Shown here piece by piece: positions 1 through 8,767 of a stretch of 33,901 nucleotides of DNA. The notes beneath the pieces were generated by a model. The model was not told the origin of the DNA, did no database searches, and worked only from the letters and a program-made list of their open reading frames with translations. The position numbers and the translations under genes were made by a program. Numbering within the stretch: the first letter of the stretch is position 1; each line of letters begins with the position of its first letter. Source of the stretch: a virus (taxonomy: Duplodnaviria; Heunggongvirae; Uroviricota; Caudoviricetes); IMG/VR virus record IMGVR_UViG_2671180699_000001, positions 1-33,901 of that record. One strand, given 5' to 3'.

Positions 1-1284
1 TTACTTCTTCGCCTCTGCAACCACTTTACTACCCACGCCGCGGTTATTGTATTCCCACATGCGGTTGTAGTTAGTGTCATTCAGATTGCGCTGTATTTCG
101 TCGTTATCATCTACGCTGCCGGTATTACCCGCAAACGGACGATTAGAGATCACCGCATCGGCCCACGGTTTAGCCGTGTTAAAACCTTCGTTGATGGCGC
201 TATCACGGATCACCACCTGACCGTTGGTATTGGCATCAACATCCAGCGAGCGGCCCAGTTGCGCCACACCATCACCGAAAGCATTGAAACGGCTGTTTAC
301 GGCGAGGAAACCGTAGTAAATGTTGGACAGCGTAGCCGGTGCAAACACATACGCTTCTTGCTGAGTACGTGAGTTCACCACGCGGAATTCGGTGTTATCG
401 AACACCACTGCGCCGCGACCAGAAACGATATCCACATCCCCTTCAATGTAGCTGTTGGTCACCAGCGTACGCGGCTGACGATTCGTTTCCAGACGGTTCT
501 GCACACCGCTGTTGGTGACAAAGAAGGTGTTCTGACGACCGAGAATGTTAACGTTGTTAATCTGTACCTGGTCACCATCAGTACGCAGTGCCACCGCCGG
601 ATGGTTACCTGCATCTACGCTATCGCCCAGCGTGTTTTCGATGGTCAGATTTTGCAGTTGCAGGCCATTGTTTTGTGACCAGAAGACCGCAGAGCAGAGA
701 ACACCGATACTGTCGCTGCGTTTGCTCTGGCAGCTATCGTACATATACCACGCTGGTTTACCTGGCATATATTTGCCGCGCGGGTTGACGTCGTGACGCC
801 AGTCGGCAGGGCTCATGCCACCATCAAGGGAAAGCCCAATCTTCACATCAATCGGTTTTTCACCTGTACCGTACAGAGTAATTCCACCCGGAGCGGCAGG
901 GACATATACCGTTCCCTGATACTCACCAGGCATCACGGCAATATACTGGCGCTTGTTGGTACGCTTGATAATTGCCGCATCTACCGCCGCCTGAATCGTG
1001 GTATGCGTTACACCTTGAGTGCCCGCCGGGCCGACAACAAAGTCAGGTTGCGCAGGCAGGGTAATCGGGGAAGGATTCCACGCTGCAGCACCTGGTGTCA
1101 GGGATGCAAAATAGTGTTGAGCATCGAAATTCTGCGCTTCTTTTGCCGACAGAATCGGGCGAGAAGAGGTACCAGGCGCGGTTTGATCAGAAGGACGTTG
1201 ATCGGGCGGGGTTGAGCTACAGGCGGTCAGCGTCACGCCAAAAGCCAATGCCAGCGCCAGACGGGAAACTGAAAATGTGTTCAC
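1..1284 (-). CDS. ybhC: YbhC, pectinesterase-family outer-membrane lipoprotein (host gene flanking lambda attB)
   Basis: 427-aa ORF with lipoprotein signal (…LTACSS) and pectinesterase-like composition; ybhC is the known gal-side neighbour of lambda attB; apparent GTG start. Confidence 0.85.
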   Translation of the reverse strand: MNTFSVSRLALALAFGVTLTACSSTPPDQRPSDQTAPGTSSRPILSAKEAQNFDAQHYFASLTPGAAAWNPSPITLPAQPDFVVGPAGTQGVTHTTIQAAVDAAIIKRTNKRQYIAVMPGEYQGTVYVPAAPGGITLYGTGEKPIDVKIGLSLDGGMSPADWRHDVNPRGKYMPGKPAWYMYDSCQSKRSDSIGVLCSAVFWSQNNGLQLQNLTIENTLGDSVDAGNHPAVALRTDGDQVQINNVNILGRQNTFFVTNSGVQNRLETNRQPRTLVTNSYIEGDVDIVSGRGAVVFDNTEFRVVNSRTQQEAYVFAPATLSNIYYGFLAVNSRFNAFGDGVAQLGRSLDVDANTNGQVVIRDSAINEGFNTAKPWADAVISNRPFAGNTGSVDDNDEIQRNLNDTNYNRMWEYNNRGVGSKVVAEAKK

Positions 1285-1299
1285 AGGTTGCTCCGGGCT

Positions 1300-1418
1300 A
1301 TGAAATAGAAAAATGAATCCGTTGAAGCCTGCTTTTTTATACTAAGTTGGCATTATAAAAAAGCATTGCTTATCAATTTGTTGCAACGAACAGGTCACTA
1401 TCAGTCAAAATAAAATCA
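1300..1418. other. attL (B-O-P') lambda-type attachment site; 15-bp core GCTTTTTTATACTAA at about 1331-1345 followed by the P' arm
   Basis: Core and P' arm (…GTTGGCATTATAAAAAAGCATTGCTTATCAATTTGTTGCAACGAACAGGTCACTATCAGTCAAAATAAAATCATTATTTGATTTC) read directly; sits between ybhC and int. Confidence 0.88.
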
Positions 1419-2489
1419 TTATTTGATTTCAATTTTGTCCCACTCCCTGCCTCTGTCATCACGATACTGTGATGCCATGGTGTCCGACTTATGCCCGAGA
1501 AGATGTTGAGCAAACTTATCGCTTATCTGCTTCTCATAGAGTCTTGCAGACAAACTGCGCAACTCGTGAAAGGTAGGCGGATCCCCTTCGAAGGAAAGAC
1601 CTGATGCTTTTCGTGCGCGCATAAAATACCTTGATACTGTGCCGGATGAAAGCGGTTCGCGACGAGTAGATGCAATTATGGTTTCTCCGCCAAGAATCTC
1701 TTTGCATTTATCAAGTGTTTCCTTCATTGATATCCCGAGAGCATCAACATGCAATGTTGTTGGGATGGCAATTTTTACGCCTGTTTTGCTTTGCTCGACA
1801 TAAAGATATCCATCTACGATATCAGACCACTTCATTTCGCATAAATCACCAACTCGTTGCCCGGTAACAACAGCCAGTTCCATTGCAAGTCTGAGCCAAC
1901 ATGGTGATGATTCTGCTGCTTGATAAATTTTCAGGTATTCGTCAGCCGTAAGTCTTGATCTCCTTACCTCTGATTTTGCTGCGCGAGTGGCAGCGACAGG
2001 GTTTGTTGTTATATGGCCTTCAGCTATTGCCTCTCGGAATGCATCGCTCAGTGTTGATCTGATTAACTTGGCTGACGCCGCCTTGCCCTCGTCTATGTAT
2101 CCATTGAGCATTGCCGCAATTTCTTTTGTGGTGATGTCTTCAAGTGGAGCATCAGGCAGACCCCTCCTTATTGCTTTAATTTTGCTCATGTAATTTATGA
2201 GTGTCTTCTGCTTGATTCCTCTGCTGGCCAGGATTTTTTCGTAGCGATCAAGCCATGAATGTAACGTAACGGAATTATCACTGTTGATTCTCGCTGTCAG
2301 AGGCTTGTGTTTGTGTCCTGAAAATAACTCAATGTTGGCCTGTATAGCTTCAGTGATTGCGATTCGCCTGTCTCGGCCTAATCCAAACTCTTTACCCGTC
2401 CTTGGGTCCCTGTAGCAGTAATATCCATTGTTTCTTATATAAAGGTTAGGGGGTAAATCCCGGCGCTCATGACTTCGCCTTCTTCCCAT
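1419..2489 (-). CDS. int: Integrase, tyrosine recombinase (lambda Int type, 356 aa)
   Basis: Protein matches lambda Int along its length as recalled (MGRRRSHERRDLPPNLYIRNNGYY…); adjacent to P' arm. Confidence 0.97.
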   Translation of the reverse strand: MGRRRSHERRDLPPNLYIRNNGYYCYRDPRTGKEFGLGRDRRIAITEAIQANIELFSGHKHKPLTARINSDNSVTLHSWLDRYEKILASRGIKQKTLINYMSKIKAIRRGLPDAPLEDITTKEIAAMLNGYIDEGKAASAKLIRSTLSDAFREAIAEGHITTNPVAATRAAKSEVRRSRLTADEYLKIYQAAESSPCWLRLAMELAVVTGQRVGDLCEMKWSDIVDGYLYVEQSKTGVKIAIPTTLHVDALGISMKETLDKCKEILGGETIIASTRREPLSSGTVSRYFMRARKASGLSFEGDPPTFHELRSLSARLYEKQISDKFAQHLLGHKSDTMASQYRDDRGREWDKIEIK

Positions 2490-2685
2490 TTCTGATCCTC
2501 TTCAAAAGGCTACCTGTTACTGGTCGATTTAAGTCAACCTTTACCGCTGATTCGTGGAACAGATATTCTCTTCCATCCTTAACCGGAGGAGGGAATATCC
2601 TGCATTCGCGCACCCATCGACGAACTGTTTCAAGGCTTCTTGGGCGTCGCTGGCGAGCGTTCCACTCCTGAAGTGTCAAGTACAT
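2467..2685 (-). CDS. xis: Excisionase Xis (72 aa)
   Basis: MYLTLQEWNARQRRPRSLETVRRWVRE… as recalled for lambda Xis; overlaps int start as in lambda. Confidence 0.95.
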   Translation of the reverse strand: MYLTLQEWNARQRRPRSLETVRRWVRECRIFPPPVKDGREYLFHESAVKVDLNRPVTGSLLKRIRNGKKAKS

Positions 2686-2710
2686 CGCAAAGTCTCCGCA
2701 ATTACACGCA

Positions 2711-2733
2711 AGAAAAAACCGCCATCAGGCGGC
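2711..2733 (-). terminator. Rho-independent terminator (minus strand) upstream of xis
   Basis: Stem CCGCC / GGCGG with 4-nt loop, followed on the minus strand by TTTTTTCT. Confidence 0.55.
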
Positions 2734-2905
2734 TTGGTGTTCTTTCAGTTCTTCAATTCGAATATTGGTTACGTCTGCATGTGCTATCTGCGCCCACAGC
2801 ATCCAGTGGTCATAGCAGTCGCTGATGTTCTCGGCTTCGATAACTCTGTTGAATGGTTCTCCATTCTATTCACCTGTGACTCGGAAGTGCATTTATCATC
2901 TCCAT

Positions 2906-2958
2906 AAAAAAACTCGCCGTAGCGAGTTCAGATAAAAGAAATCCTCGTCAGTGCGAGG
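2906..2958 (-). terminator. Two tandem hairpin terminators (minus strand)
   Basis: Stems CTCGC/GCGAG and CCTCG/CGAGG, each followed by a T-rich run on the minus strand. Confidence 0.5.
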
Positions 2959-3132
2959 ATGCTGTTCATTGCTGCTATACACTTTTTTGCTCTCAACGTA
3001 AGCGGTAGCCCATTCTGTTGGGTTGGTGCAGTTGCTTTTAGGAAATGCTATTTACCCCTTAAATGTCGGCTGAAAGAGCTAAAATCCATGCAAAAAATTT
3101 ACGCAATTTTGTGTATTATTGTGCAGTAAGTA

Positions 3133-3735
3133 ATGAGCTATTTTCTGCGCAAAAAATGGATGGTAAATTTGTCCGGGTCAGGAAAAATTTTATGGGCGCT
3201 AAACATGAAAAAAGATTCGTATCCTTATTTGATTTGCATGACAGTTTCAGGGCTGATCTTTATTTTCCTTTTCTTCTGGTGGCGGGCAGATATCTACAGG
3301 GTCACGTTTCTTAATCAGAGTATATCCCACTATTACATTCTGTTTAGCATGGGAATAGCTTTTCTGTTATCTCTGTTTTGGGTTAAGAAGGGGATAGTAA
3401 AACAAAGCGGCTGGAAGAGTCTGTCAGCATACCTTAAGGTTTATGCAGGGATGTGCATATTTGCTGGATTTTTTCTGATTATACCCCTTACGACACTAAC
3501 TTATTTTTTGCCTGGAGAGACATCGTCTTACGTTGCACCGTATCGGTATACTTCCGGTAGTTCAAAAAGTTGTTCTGGAGCTGAGGTGGATGACCCCGAT
3601 CTACATGAGAATATTCGCATTTGCTATCCGTATGGCAATTATGAGTACGATAATATTATCTATGTTGAAAAGAAAATTAATATATTAGGTGCGGTAGTGA
3701 CATATGCACAGACCGCGCGTGATGATACTGAATGA
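3133..3735 (+). CDS. Hypothetical integral membrane protein (3 predicted TM helices plus about 60-aa soluble C-terminal domain); moron gene
   Basis: 200-aa ORF on the strand opposite to the early-left operon; AT-rich; hydrophobic segments LICMTVSGLIFIFLFFWW, ILFSMGIAFLLSLFWV, VYAGMCIFAGFFLIIPLTTL. Confidence 0.55.
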   Translation: MSYFLRKKWMVNLSGSGKILWALNMKKDSYPYLICMTVSGLIFIFLFFWWRADIYRVTFLNQSISHYYILFSMGIAFLLSLFWVKKGIVKQSGWKSLSAYLKVYAGMCIFAGFFLIIPLTTLTYFLPGETSSYVAPYRYTSGSSKSCSGAEVDDPDLHENIRICYPYGNYEYDNIIYVEKKINILGAVVTYAQTARDDTE

Positions 3736-3770
3736 TATAGTATATAGCGGGCAAGTTTTAGTTAATTTAT

Positions 3771-3800
3771 CGAGGTAATATAATTTACCTCGACTCGTTT
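3771..3800 (+). terminator. Hairpin terminator after the membrane-protein gene
   Basis: 8-bp stem CGAGGTAA / TTACCTCG with loop TATAAT, followed by a moderately T-rich tract. Confidence 0.4.
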
Positions 3801-3945
3801 GTTCTGGTATTAATATTTCGCTTTACGACCGATTTTTATCTGATGATATCATGCGGTTTTCATATACTGACTTACTGTCTTTTCTCCGTTAGCGATTTTC
3901 TCCTGCTCAGCGATGATTTTATCTTTGGCTTCTAGTTAATTTCGC

Positions 3946-4167
3946 TCACTTCGAACCTCTCTGTTTACTGATAAGCTCCAGATCTTGCTGGCAACTGGCA
4001 CAAGTCCGACAACCCTGAACGGCCAGTCGTCTTCGTTCATCTATCGGATCGCCACACTCACAACAATGAGTGGCAGATATAGCCTGGTGGTTCAGGCGGC
4101 GCATTTTTATTGCTGTGTTGCGCTGTAATTCTTCAATTTCTGATGCTGAATCAATTATGTCTGCCAT
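3946..4167 (-). CDS. TraR/DksA-family C4 zinc-finger protein (73 aa)
   Basis: CxxC-x17-CxxC (CECGDPIDERRRLAVQGCRTCASC) with TraR-like size and position in the early-left operon. Confidence 0.8.
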   Translation of the reverse strand: MADIIDSASEIEELQRNTAIKMRRLNHQAISATHCCECGDPIDERRRLAVQGCRTCASCQQDLELISKQRGSK

Positions 4168-4265
4168 CTTTCATTAATCCCTGAATTGTTGGTTAATACG
4201 CTTGAGGGTGAATGCGAATAATAAAAAAGGAGCCTGTAGCTCCCTGATGATTTTGCTTTTCATGT

Positions 4266-4481
4266 TCACCGTTCCTTAAAGACGCCGTTCAACATGCCGA
4301 TCGCCAGGCTTAAATGAGTCGGTGTGAATCCCATCAGCGTTACCGTTTCGCGGTGCTTCTTTAGTACGCTACGGCAAATGTCATCGACGTTTTTATCCGG
4401 AAACTGCTGTCTGGCTTTTTTGATTTCAGAATTAGCCTGACGGGCAATGCTGCGAAGGGCGTTTTCTTGCTGAGGTGTCAT
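4266..4481 (-). CDS. Small early-left hypothetical protein (71 aa from internal Met of track ORF)
   Basis: MTPQQENALRSIARQ…; position corresponds to lambda small orfs between ea22 and exo; start uncertain. Confidence 0.45.
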   Translation of the reverse strand: MTPQQENALRSIARQANSEIKKARQQFPDKNVDDICRSVLKKHRETVTLMGFTPTHLSLAIGMLNGVFKER

Positions 4482-4557
4482 TGAACAAGCCCCATGTCGG
4501 CAAGCATAAGCACACAGAATATGAAGCCCGCTGCCAGAAAAATGCATTCAGTGGTTG

Positions 4558-4749
4558 TCATACCTGGTCTCTCTCATCTGCTTCTGCTTTCGCCACCATC
4601 ATTTCCAGCTTTTGTGAAAGGGATGCGGCTAACGTATGAAATTCTTCGTCTGTTTCTACTGGTATTGGCACAAACCTGACTCCAATTTGAGCGAGGCTAT
4701 GTGCCATCTCGATACTCGTTCTTAATTCAACGGGAGATGCTTTGTGCAT
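4558..4749 (-). CDS. Small early-left hypothetical protein (63 aa; lambda orf63-like by size and position)
   Basis: ORF in operon orientation immediately upstream of exo region. Confidence 0.5.
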   Translation of the reverse strand: MHKASPVELRTSIEMAHSLAQIGVRFVPIPVETDEEFHTLAASLSQKLEMMVAKAEADERDQV

Positions 4750-4910
4750 ACAGCTCCCCGTTTATTATTTATCTCCTCAGCCAGCCGCTGGGCTTTCAGC
4801 GGATTTCGGATAACAGAAAGGCCGGGAAATACCCAGCCTCGCTTTGTAACGGAGTAGACGAAAGTGATCGCGCCTACCCGGATATTATCGTGAGGATGCT
4901 TCATTGCCAT
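4722..4910 (-). CDS. Small early-left hypothetical protein (62 aa; lambda orf60a-like by size and position)
   Basis: ORF ends just before exo start. Confidence 0.45.
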   Translation of the reverse strand: MAMKHPHDNIRVGAITFVYSVTKRGWVFPGLSVIRNPLKAQRLAEEINNKRGAVCTKHLPLN

Positions 4911-5581
4911 TGCTCCCCATATACAAAACCAATTTCAGCCAGTGCCTCGTCCATTTTTTCGATGAACTCCGGCACCATCTCGTCAAAACTCGCCATGTAC
5001 TTTTCATTCCGCTCAACCACGACGTAATGCAGGCCTTCACGCTTCATGCGCGGGTCATAGTTGGCAAAGTACCAGGCATCTTTTCGCGTCACCCACATGC
5101 TGTACTGCACCTGGGCCATGTAAGCCGATTTTATTGCCTCGAAACCACCGAGCCGGAATTTCATGAAATCCCGGGAGGTAAACGGGCATTTCAGTTCAAG
5201 GCCGTTGCCGTCACTGCATAAACCATCGGGAGAGCAGGCGGTGCGCATATTTTCGTCGCGATAGATGATCGGGGATTCAGTAATATTCACGCCGGAAGTG
5301 AATTCAAACAGGGTTCTGGCGTCGTTCTCGTACTGTTTTCCCCAGGCCAGCGCCTTAGCATTAACTTCCGGAGCCACACCGGTGCAAACCTCAGCCAGCA
5401 GGGTGTGGAAGTAGGACATTTTCATGTCAGGCCACTTCTTTCCTGAGCGGGGCTTTGCTATCACGTTGTGAACTTCTGAAGCGGTGATGACGCCGAGCCG
5501 TAATTTGTGCCATGCATCATCCCCCTGTTCGACAACTCTCACGTCGATCCCGGTACGCTGCAGGATAATGTCCGGTGTCAT
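4901..5581 (-). CDS. exo: Lambda exonuclease (Red alpha, 226 aa)
   Basis: [15 protein letters not shown]…GEQWQ, as recalled for lambda Exo, same length. Confidence 0.97.
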   Translation of the reverse strand: MTPDIILQRTGIDVRVVEQGDDAWHKLRLGVITASEVHNVIAKPRSGKKWPDMKMSYFHTLLAEVCTGVAPEVNAKALAWGKQYENDARTLFEFTSGVNITESPIIYRDENMRTACSPDGLCSDGNGLELKCPFTSRDFMKFRLGGFEAIKSAYMAQVQYSMWVTRKDAWYFANYDPRMKREGLHYVVVERNEKYMASFDEMVPEFIEKMDEALAEIGFVYGEQWQ

Positions 5582-6363
5582 GCTGCCACCTTCTGCTCAG
5601 TGGCTTTCTGTTTAAGGAATCCAAGAGCTTTCACTGCTTCGGCCTGTGTCAGTTCTGACGATGCGCGAATGTCGCGGCGAAATATCTGGGAACAGAGCGG
5701 CAATAAGTCGTCATCCCATGTTTTATCCAGGGCGATCAGCAGAGTGTTAATCTCCTGCATGGTTTCATCGTTAACCGGAGTGATGTCGCGTTCCGGCTGA
5801 CGTTCTGCAGTGTATGCAGTATTTTCGACAATGCGCTCGGCTTCATCCTTGTCATAGATACCAGCAAATCCGAAGGCCAGACGGGCACACTGAATCATGG
5901 CTTTATGCCGTAACATCCGTTTGGGATGCGACTGCCACGGCCCCGTGATTTCTCTGCCTTCGCGGGTTTTGAATGGTTCGCGGCGGCATTCATCCATCCA
6001 CTCGGTAACGCAGATCGGATGATTGCGGTCTTTGCGGTAAATCCGGCATGTGCAGGATTCGTTGTCCTGTTCAAAGTCCATGCCGTCAAACTGCTGGTTT
6101 TCGTTGATGATGCGGGACCAGCCATCAACGCCCACCACCGGAACGATGCCGTTCTGCTTATCAGGGAAGGCGTAAATTTCTTTCGTCCACGGATTAAGAC
6201 CGTACTGGTTGGCGACGATCAGCAATGCGATGAACTGCGCATCGCTGGCATCACCTTTAAATGCCGTCTGGCGAAGAGTGGTGATCAGTTCCTGTGGGTC
6301 GACAGAATCCATGCCGACTCGTTCAGCCAGCTTCCCAGCCAGCGTTGCGAGTGCTGTACTCAT
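5578..6363 (-). CDS. bet: Bet single-strand annealing protein (Red beta, 261 aa)
   Basis: [37 protein letters not shown]…, as recalled for lambda Bet; ATGA overlap with exo. Confidence 0.97.
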   Translation of the reverse strand: MSTALATLAGKLAERVGMDSVDPQELITTLRQTAFKGDASDAQFIALLIVANQYGLNPWTKEIYAFPDKQNGIVPVVGVDGWSRIINENQQFDGMDFEQDNESCTCRIYRKDRNHPICVTEWMDECRREPFKTREGREITGPWQSHPKRMLRHKAMIQCARLAFGFAGIYDKDEAERIVENTAYTAERQPERDITPVNDETMQEINTLLIALDKTWDDDLLPLCSQIFRRDIRASSELTQAEAVKALGFLKQKATEQKVAA

Positions 6364-6368
6364 CCGTT

Positions 6369-6665
6369 TTATACCTCTGAATCAATATCAACCTGGTGGT
6401 GAGCAATGGTTTCAACCATGTACCGGATGTGTTCTGCCATGCGCTCCTGAAACTCAACATCGTCATCAAACGCACGGGTAATGGCTTTTTTGCTGACCCC
6501 GTGGCGTTGCAAATGATCGATGCATAGCGATTCAAACAGGTGCTGGGGCAGGCCTTTTTCCATGTCGTCTGCCAGTTCTGCCTCTTTCTCTTCACGGGCG
6601 ATCTGCTGGTAGTGACGCGCCCAGCTCTGAGCCTCAAGACGATCCTGAATGTAATAAGCGTTCAT
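6369..6665 (-). CDS. gam: Gam, RecBCD inhibitor (98-aa short form)
   Basis: [21 protein letters not shown]…VDIDSEV, as recalled for lambda GamS; an in-frame TAA about 15 codons upstream excludes the long form. Confidence 0.93.
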   Translation of the reverse strand: MNAYYIQDRLEAQSWARHYQQIAREEKEAELADDMEKGLPQHLFESLCIDHLQRHGVSKKAITRAFDDDVEFQERMAEHIRYMVETIAHHQVDIDSEV

Positions 6666-6740
6666 GGCTGAACTCCTGAAAATGGCTGTGAAAATATCGC
6701 CCGCGAAATGCCAGGCTGATTAGGAAAACAGGAAAGGGGA

Positions 6741-7151
6741 TTAGTGATTCAGGCCGTTACCGCGTCCGTCGAGAAAAACTTCTACGAGCAAATCACGGGT
6801 ATAAGTGCGCTCGATGCCGCGATGCAGATAAAGCCGTCCGCGTAAATTAGCTGATGCAGTCCAGGTACCATCTTTGTGTTTGACCAGCATTCCTGGCATG
6901 ACCGCACCGCGATTAACGGTCTGCGTTCCGTAATGTTGATGAACCATAAAAACTCCTGCCCGTAAGCTGGGCTGCTGAACATATAGAGACTTCTGCGCGT
7001 ATTCAGGCGGTGGATGGCCGCCGGTTGTCATAACTAAGCCGCCTCGTTGAAGCGACTGAGGTATAAAGTGTTGTGTTGATTTCAGCTGGTCACACCGACG
7101 TTCACGCGTCCGTTTCACCCCTCGCACTCCCCGAAGCCTGCTGAAATTCAA
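6741..7151 (-). CDS. First ORF of the pL operon, hypothetical; Arg-rich N-terminus (KRTRERR) in the N-antiterminator position, C-terminal part in the kil position
   Basis: Track ORF 136 aa with non-ATG start; internal ATG with GAGG upstream at 7031 would give 96 aa; no confident family assignment. Confidence 0.35.
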   Translation of the reverse strand: MNFSRLRGVRGVKRTRERRCDQLKSTQHFIPQSLQRGGLVMTTGGHPPPEYAQKSLYVQQPSLRAGVFMVHQHYGTQTVNRGAVMPGMLVKHKDGTWTASANLRGRLYLHRGIERTYTRDLLVEVFLDGRGNGLNH

Positions 7152-7169
7152 ACTGCGGATCTAAGCGGT

Positions 7170-7219
7170 CATCGCAACGGTGAAACAGGTGGTTACCGTA
7201 TCGTTGTGTCGTTGCGATG
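7170..7219. repeat. Perfect 10-bp inverted repeat (CATCGCAACG … CGTTGCGATG) with 30-nt spacer in the pL leader
   Basis: Read directly; lies immediately downstream of the putative pL -10 on the minus strand. Confidence 0.7.
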
Positions 7220-7225
7220 AATTTA

Positions 7226-7262
7226 ATTTAAAACTATAGTTGTTTTATCGTCAACAACAAAA
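7226..7262 (-). promoter_or_regulatory. Putative pL promoter with overlapping operator (oL)
   Basis: Minus strand -35 TTGACG, 17-bp spacer, -10 TTAAAT; operator TTGTTGTTGAC-N6-AAAACAAC closely matches the oR site. Confidence 0.45.
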
Positions 7263-7387
7263 GTTGTTTTGTCGGTTGTTTTAAATATAACTGGTTGTAT
7301 TTAGGATGGATTTATTTTGTGACTTGCATCGCATAGCGATAACTGAAGTGAGGTGTGGTGGTTTTTTGGACGGTATGAGTTATGAGG

Positions 7388-7420
7388 GGGAGGAAAAGAA
7401 AACCCGGCGCGGTTGCCGGG
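7388..7420 (-). terminator. Rho-independent terminator after the lipoprotein gene (tImm-like)
   Basis: Stem CCCGGC / GCCGGG with 6-nt loop, followed on the minus strand by TTTTCTTTTCC. Confidence 0.6.
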
Positions 7421-7428
7421 TATGATTA

Positions 7429-7809
7429 TCAGTCAGCCCAACCTGATTTCGAGTTTATTTGGGTTTCTGACATTGTGTATTTCTTAATCGTGTCATCGTT
7501 AAAAAGAATAGTAAGTTCTTTTTTCGTACCGTTCGTTCCATTATGGAATAATCCATAGAATGGAATAAAAGTGGTGCCATTAACTTTTACTTTTGCAAAG
7601 GCGTACTTCCAGATCTCGTTTCCACTGTCAGTATATGAAACAGCATCAGGAGAACCAAAGTAAGATTTAACCTCATTCTTGGTTGTTTTACCTTCCTGAA
7701 GTTTAGACTGGACACTAATTTCAGTTTCATTTTTGAGTTGCTGGTTGCCTGAAGAAGCACACCCAGCCAATACAGATGCCATCATGGCAGCGATTAGGAT
7801 TTTTCTCAT
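7429..7809 (-). CDS. Lipoprotein (126 aa) encoded downstream of cI in the rexAB position
   Basis: Signal peptide with lipobox LAGC (MRKILIAAMMASVLAGCASS); AT-rich; co-oriented with and immediately downstream of the repressor gene. Confidence 0.8.
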   Translation of the reverse strand: MRKILIAAMMASVLAGCASSGNQQLKNETEISVQSKLQEGKTTKNEVKSYFGSPDAVSYTDSGNEIWKYAFAKVKVNGTTFIPFYGLFHNGTNGTKKELTILFNDDTIKKYTMSETQINSKSGWAD

Positions 7810-8038
7810 TTTATGTTTCCATTCATTATAATCAGAAACATCTTAACATAATGATTCGAAATAAAAACCGCTACGAGATAGGGGGACATTTTGCTGACAG
7901 TAGCAACAAATCTCAGCTAACAACGAGAATATTTACTGAAATATGCAAACAGATTTGGCGTTCTTATAGAGAATTTAGTGCAATATCTAATCCGAGTGGT
8001 ATAAACCTTAACCTTCGCTCCCTTAAGTCGTAGATAAA

Positions 8039-8728
8039 TTAACCATGCTTCCTGTACGTCTGCGGCATGCTTCCAATGACCTTACCGAATATGAACACCC
8101 GGTTCATCTCGTCTTTCTCGATCGGGTCCCACGGCGAGTAGCTCTTGTTATCAGAGATAACCAGCAGCTTATCCTTCATCATTTGAAGACGTTTTACATG
8201 GGCAGTGTCGTCGTACAGAAACGCATAGATGCCATCACCGTCGAAAGATTTAACAGTGATATCAACGAACAGCAGGTCACCTGGTTCGATCGTCCCTGAC
8301 ATGCTGTCACCTCGCACGTTAATGATGCGGATATTTTCCGCCTTCCTGCCATCGAACATGTGACGAGCATCGTCAAACGAGTACTCAACCGAGCGTAGAA
8401 CTTCTACAAACTCACGGTTGATTACACCTGGCCCGGCACTGACTTCTATATCAAGAACGTCAATTTTGAAGTATTTGGAATGGCTGACAGTTGATTGTAT
8501 TGGTTGCACTGTACTGTCTGACATATTTCCAACGCCAGAAGATAACCATTCTGCGCGCACACCCAAAGCGTTCGCGATCTCCACGATTTTAGTTGTTTGG
8601 TTAGCTTTCCCTGTTTCGATTTTCTGAATAGCAGCCTGGCTAACCCCGACCAAATCCCCAAGCGCCTTTTGTGTAAGGCCTCGCGCTAATCTGGCTTCTT
8701 TAAGTCTTTCTGAGAGTGTTGTTTTCAT
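8039..8728 (-). CDS. cI: CI-type prophage repressor (HTH_XRE N-terminal domain plus S24 LexA-like peptidase domain, 229 aa)
   Basis: HTH (LTQKALGDLVGVSQAAIQKIE), Ala-Gly cleavage site (SAGPG), catalytic Ser (GDSMSG) and Lys (HVKRL). Confidence 0.93.
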   Translation of the reverse strand: MKTTLSERLKEARLARGLTQKALGDLVGVSQAAIQKIETGKANQTTKIVEIANALGVRAEWLSSGVGNMSDSTVQPIQSTVSHSKYFKIDVLDIEVSAGPGVINREFVEVLRSVEYSFDDARHMFDGRKAENIRIINVRGDSMSGTIEPGDLLFVDITVKSFDGDGIYAFLYDDTAHVKRLQMMKDKLLVISDNKSYSPWDPIEKDEMNRVFIFGKVIGSMPQTYRKHG

Positions 8729-8767
8729 AGATCAAATGTACAACCAAGGTTTTATTTCATCAAACGA

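Noticed and set aside
545-1316. Plus-strand ORFs (83, 66, 140, 73 aa) inside ybhC
   Set aside because: Antisense to a well-supported conserved gene; Arg-rich mirror-frame artefacts with no RBS.
2554-2907. Plus-strand ORFs of 117 and 61 aa overlapping xis and the terminator region
   Set aside because: Antisense to xis or within a hairpin-rich intergenic region; no start signals; composition not protein-like.
5895-6637. ORFs of 77-158 aa in alternative frames within bet and gam
   Set aside because: Overlap confidently identified lambda genes; typical spurious shadow ORFs.
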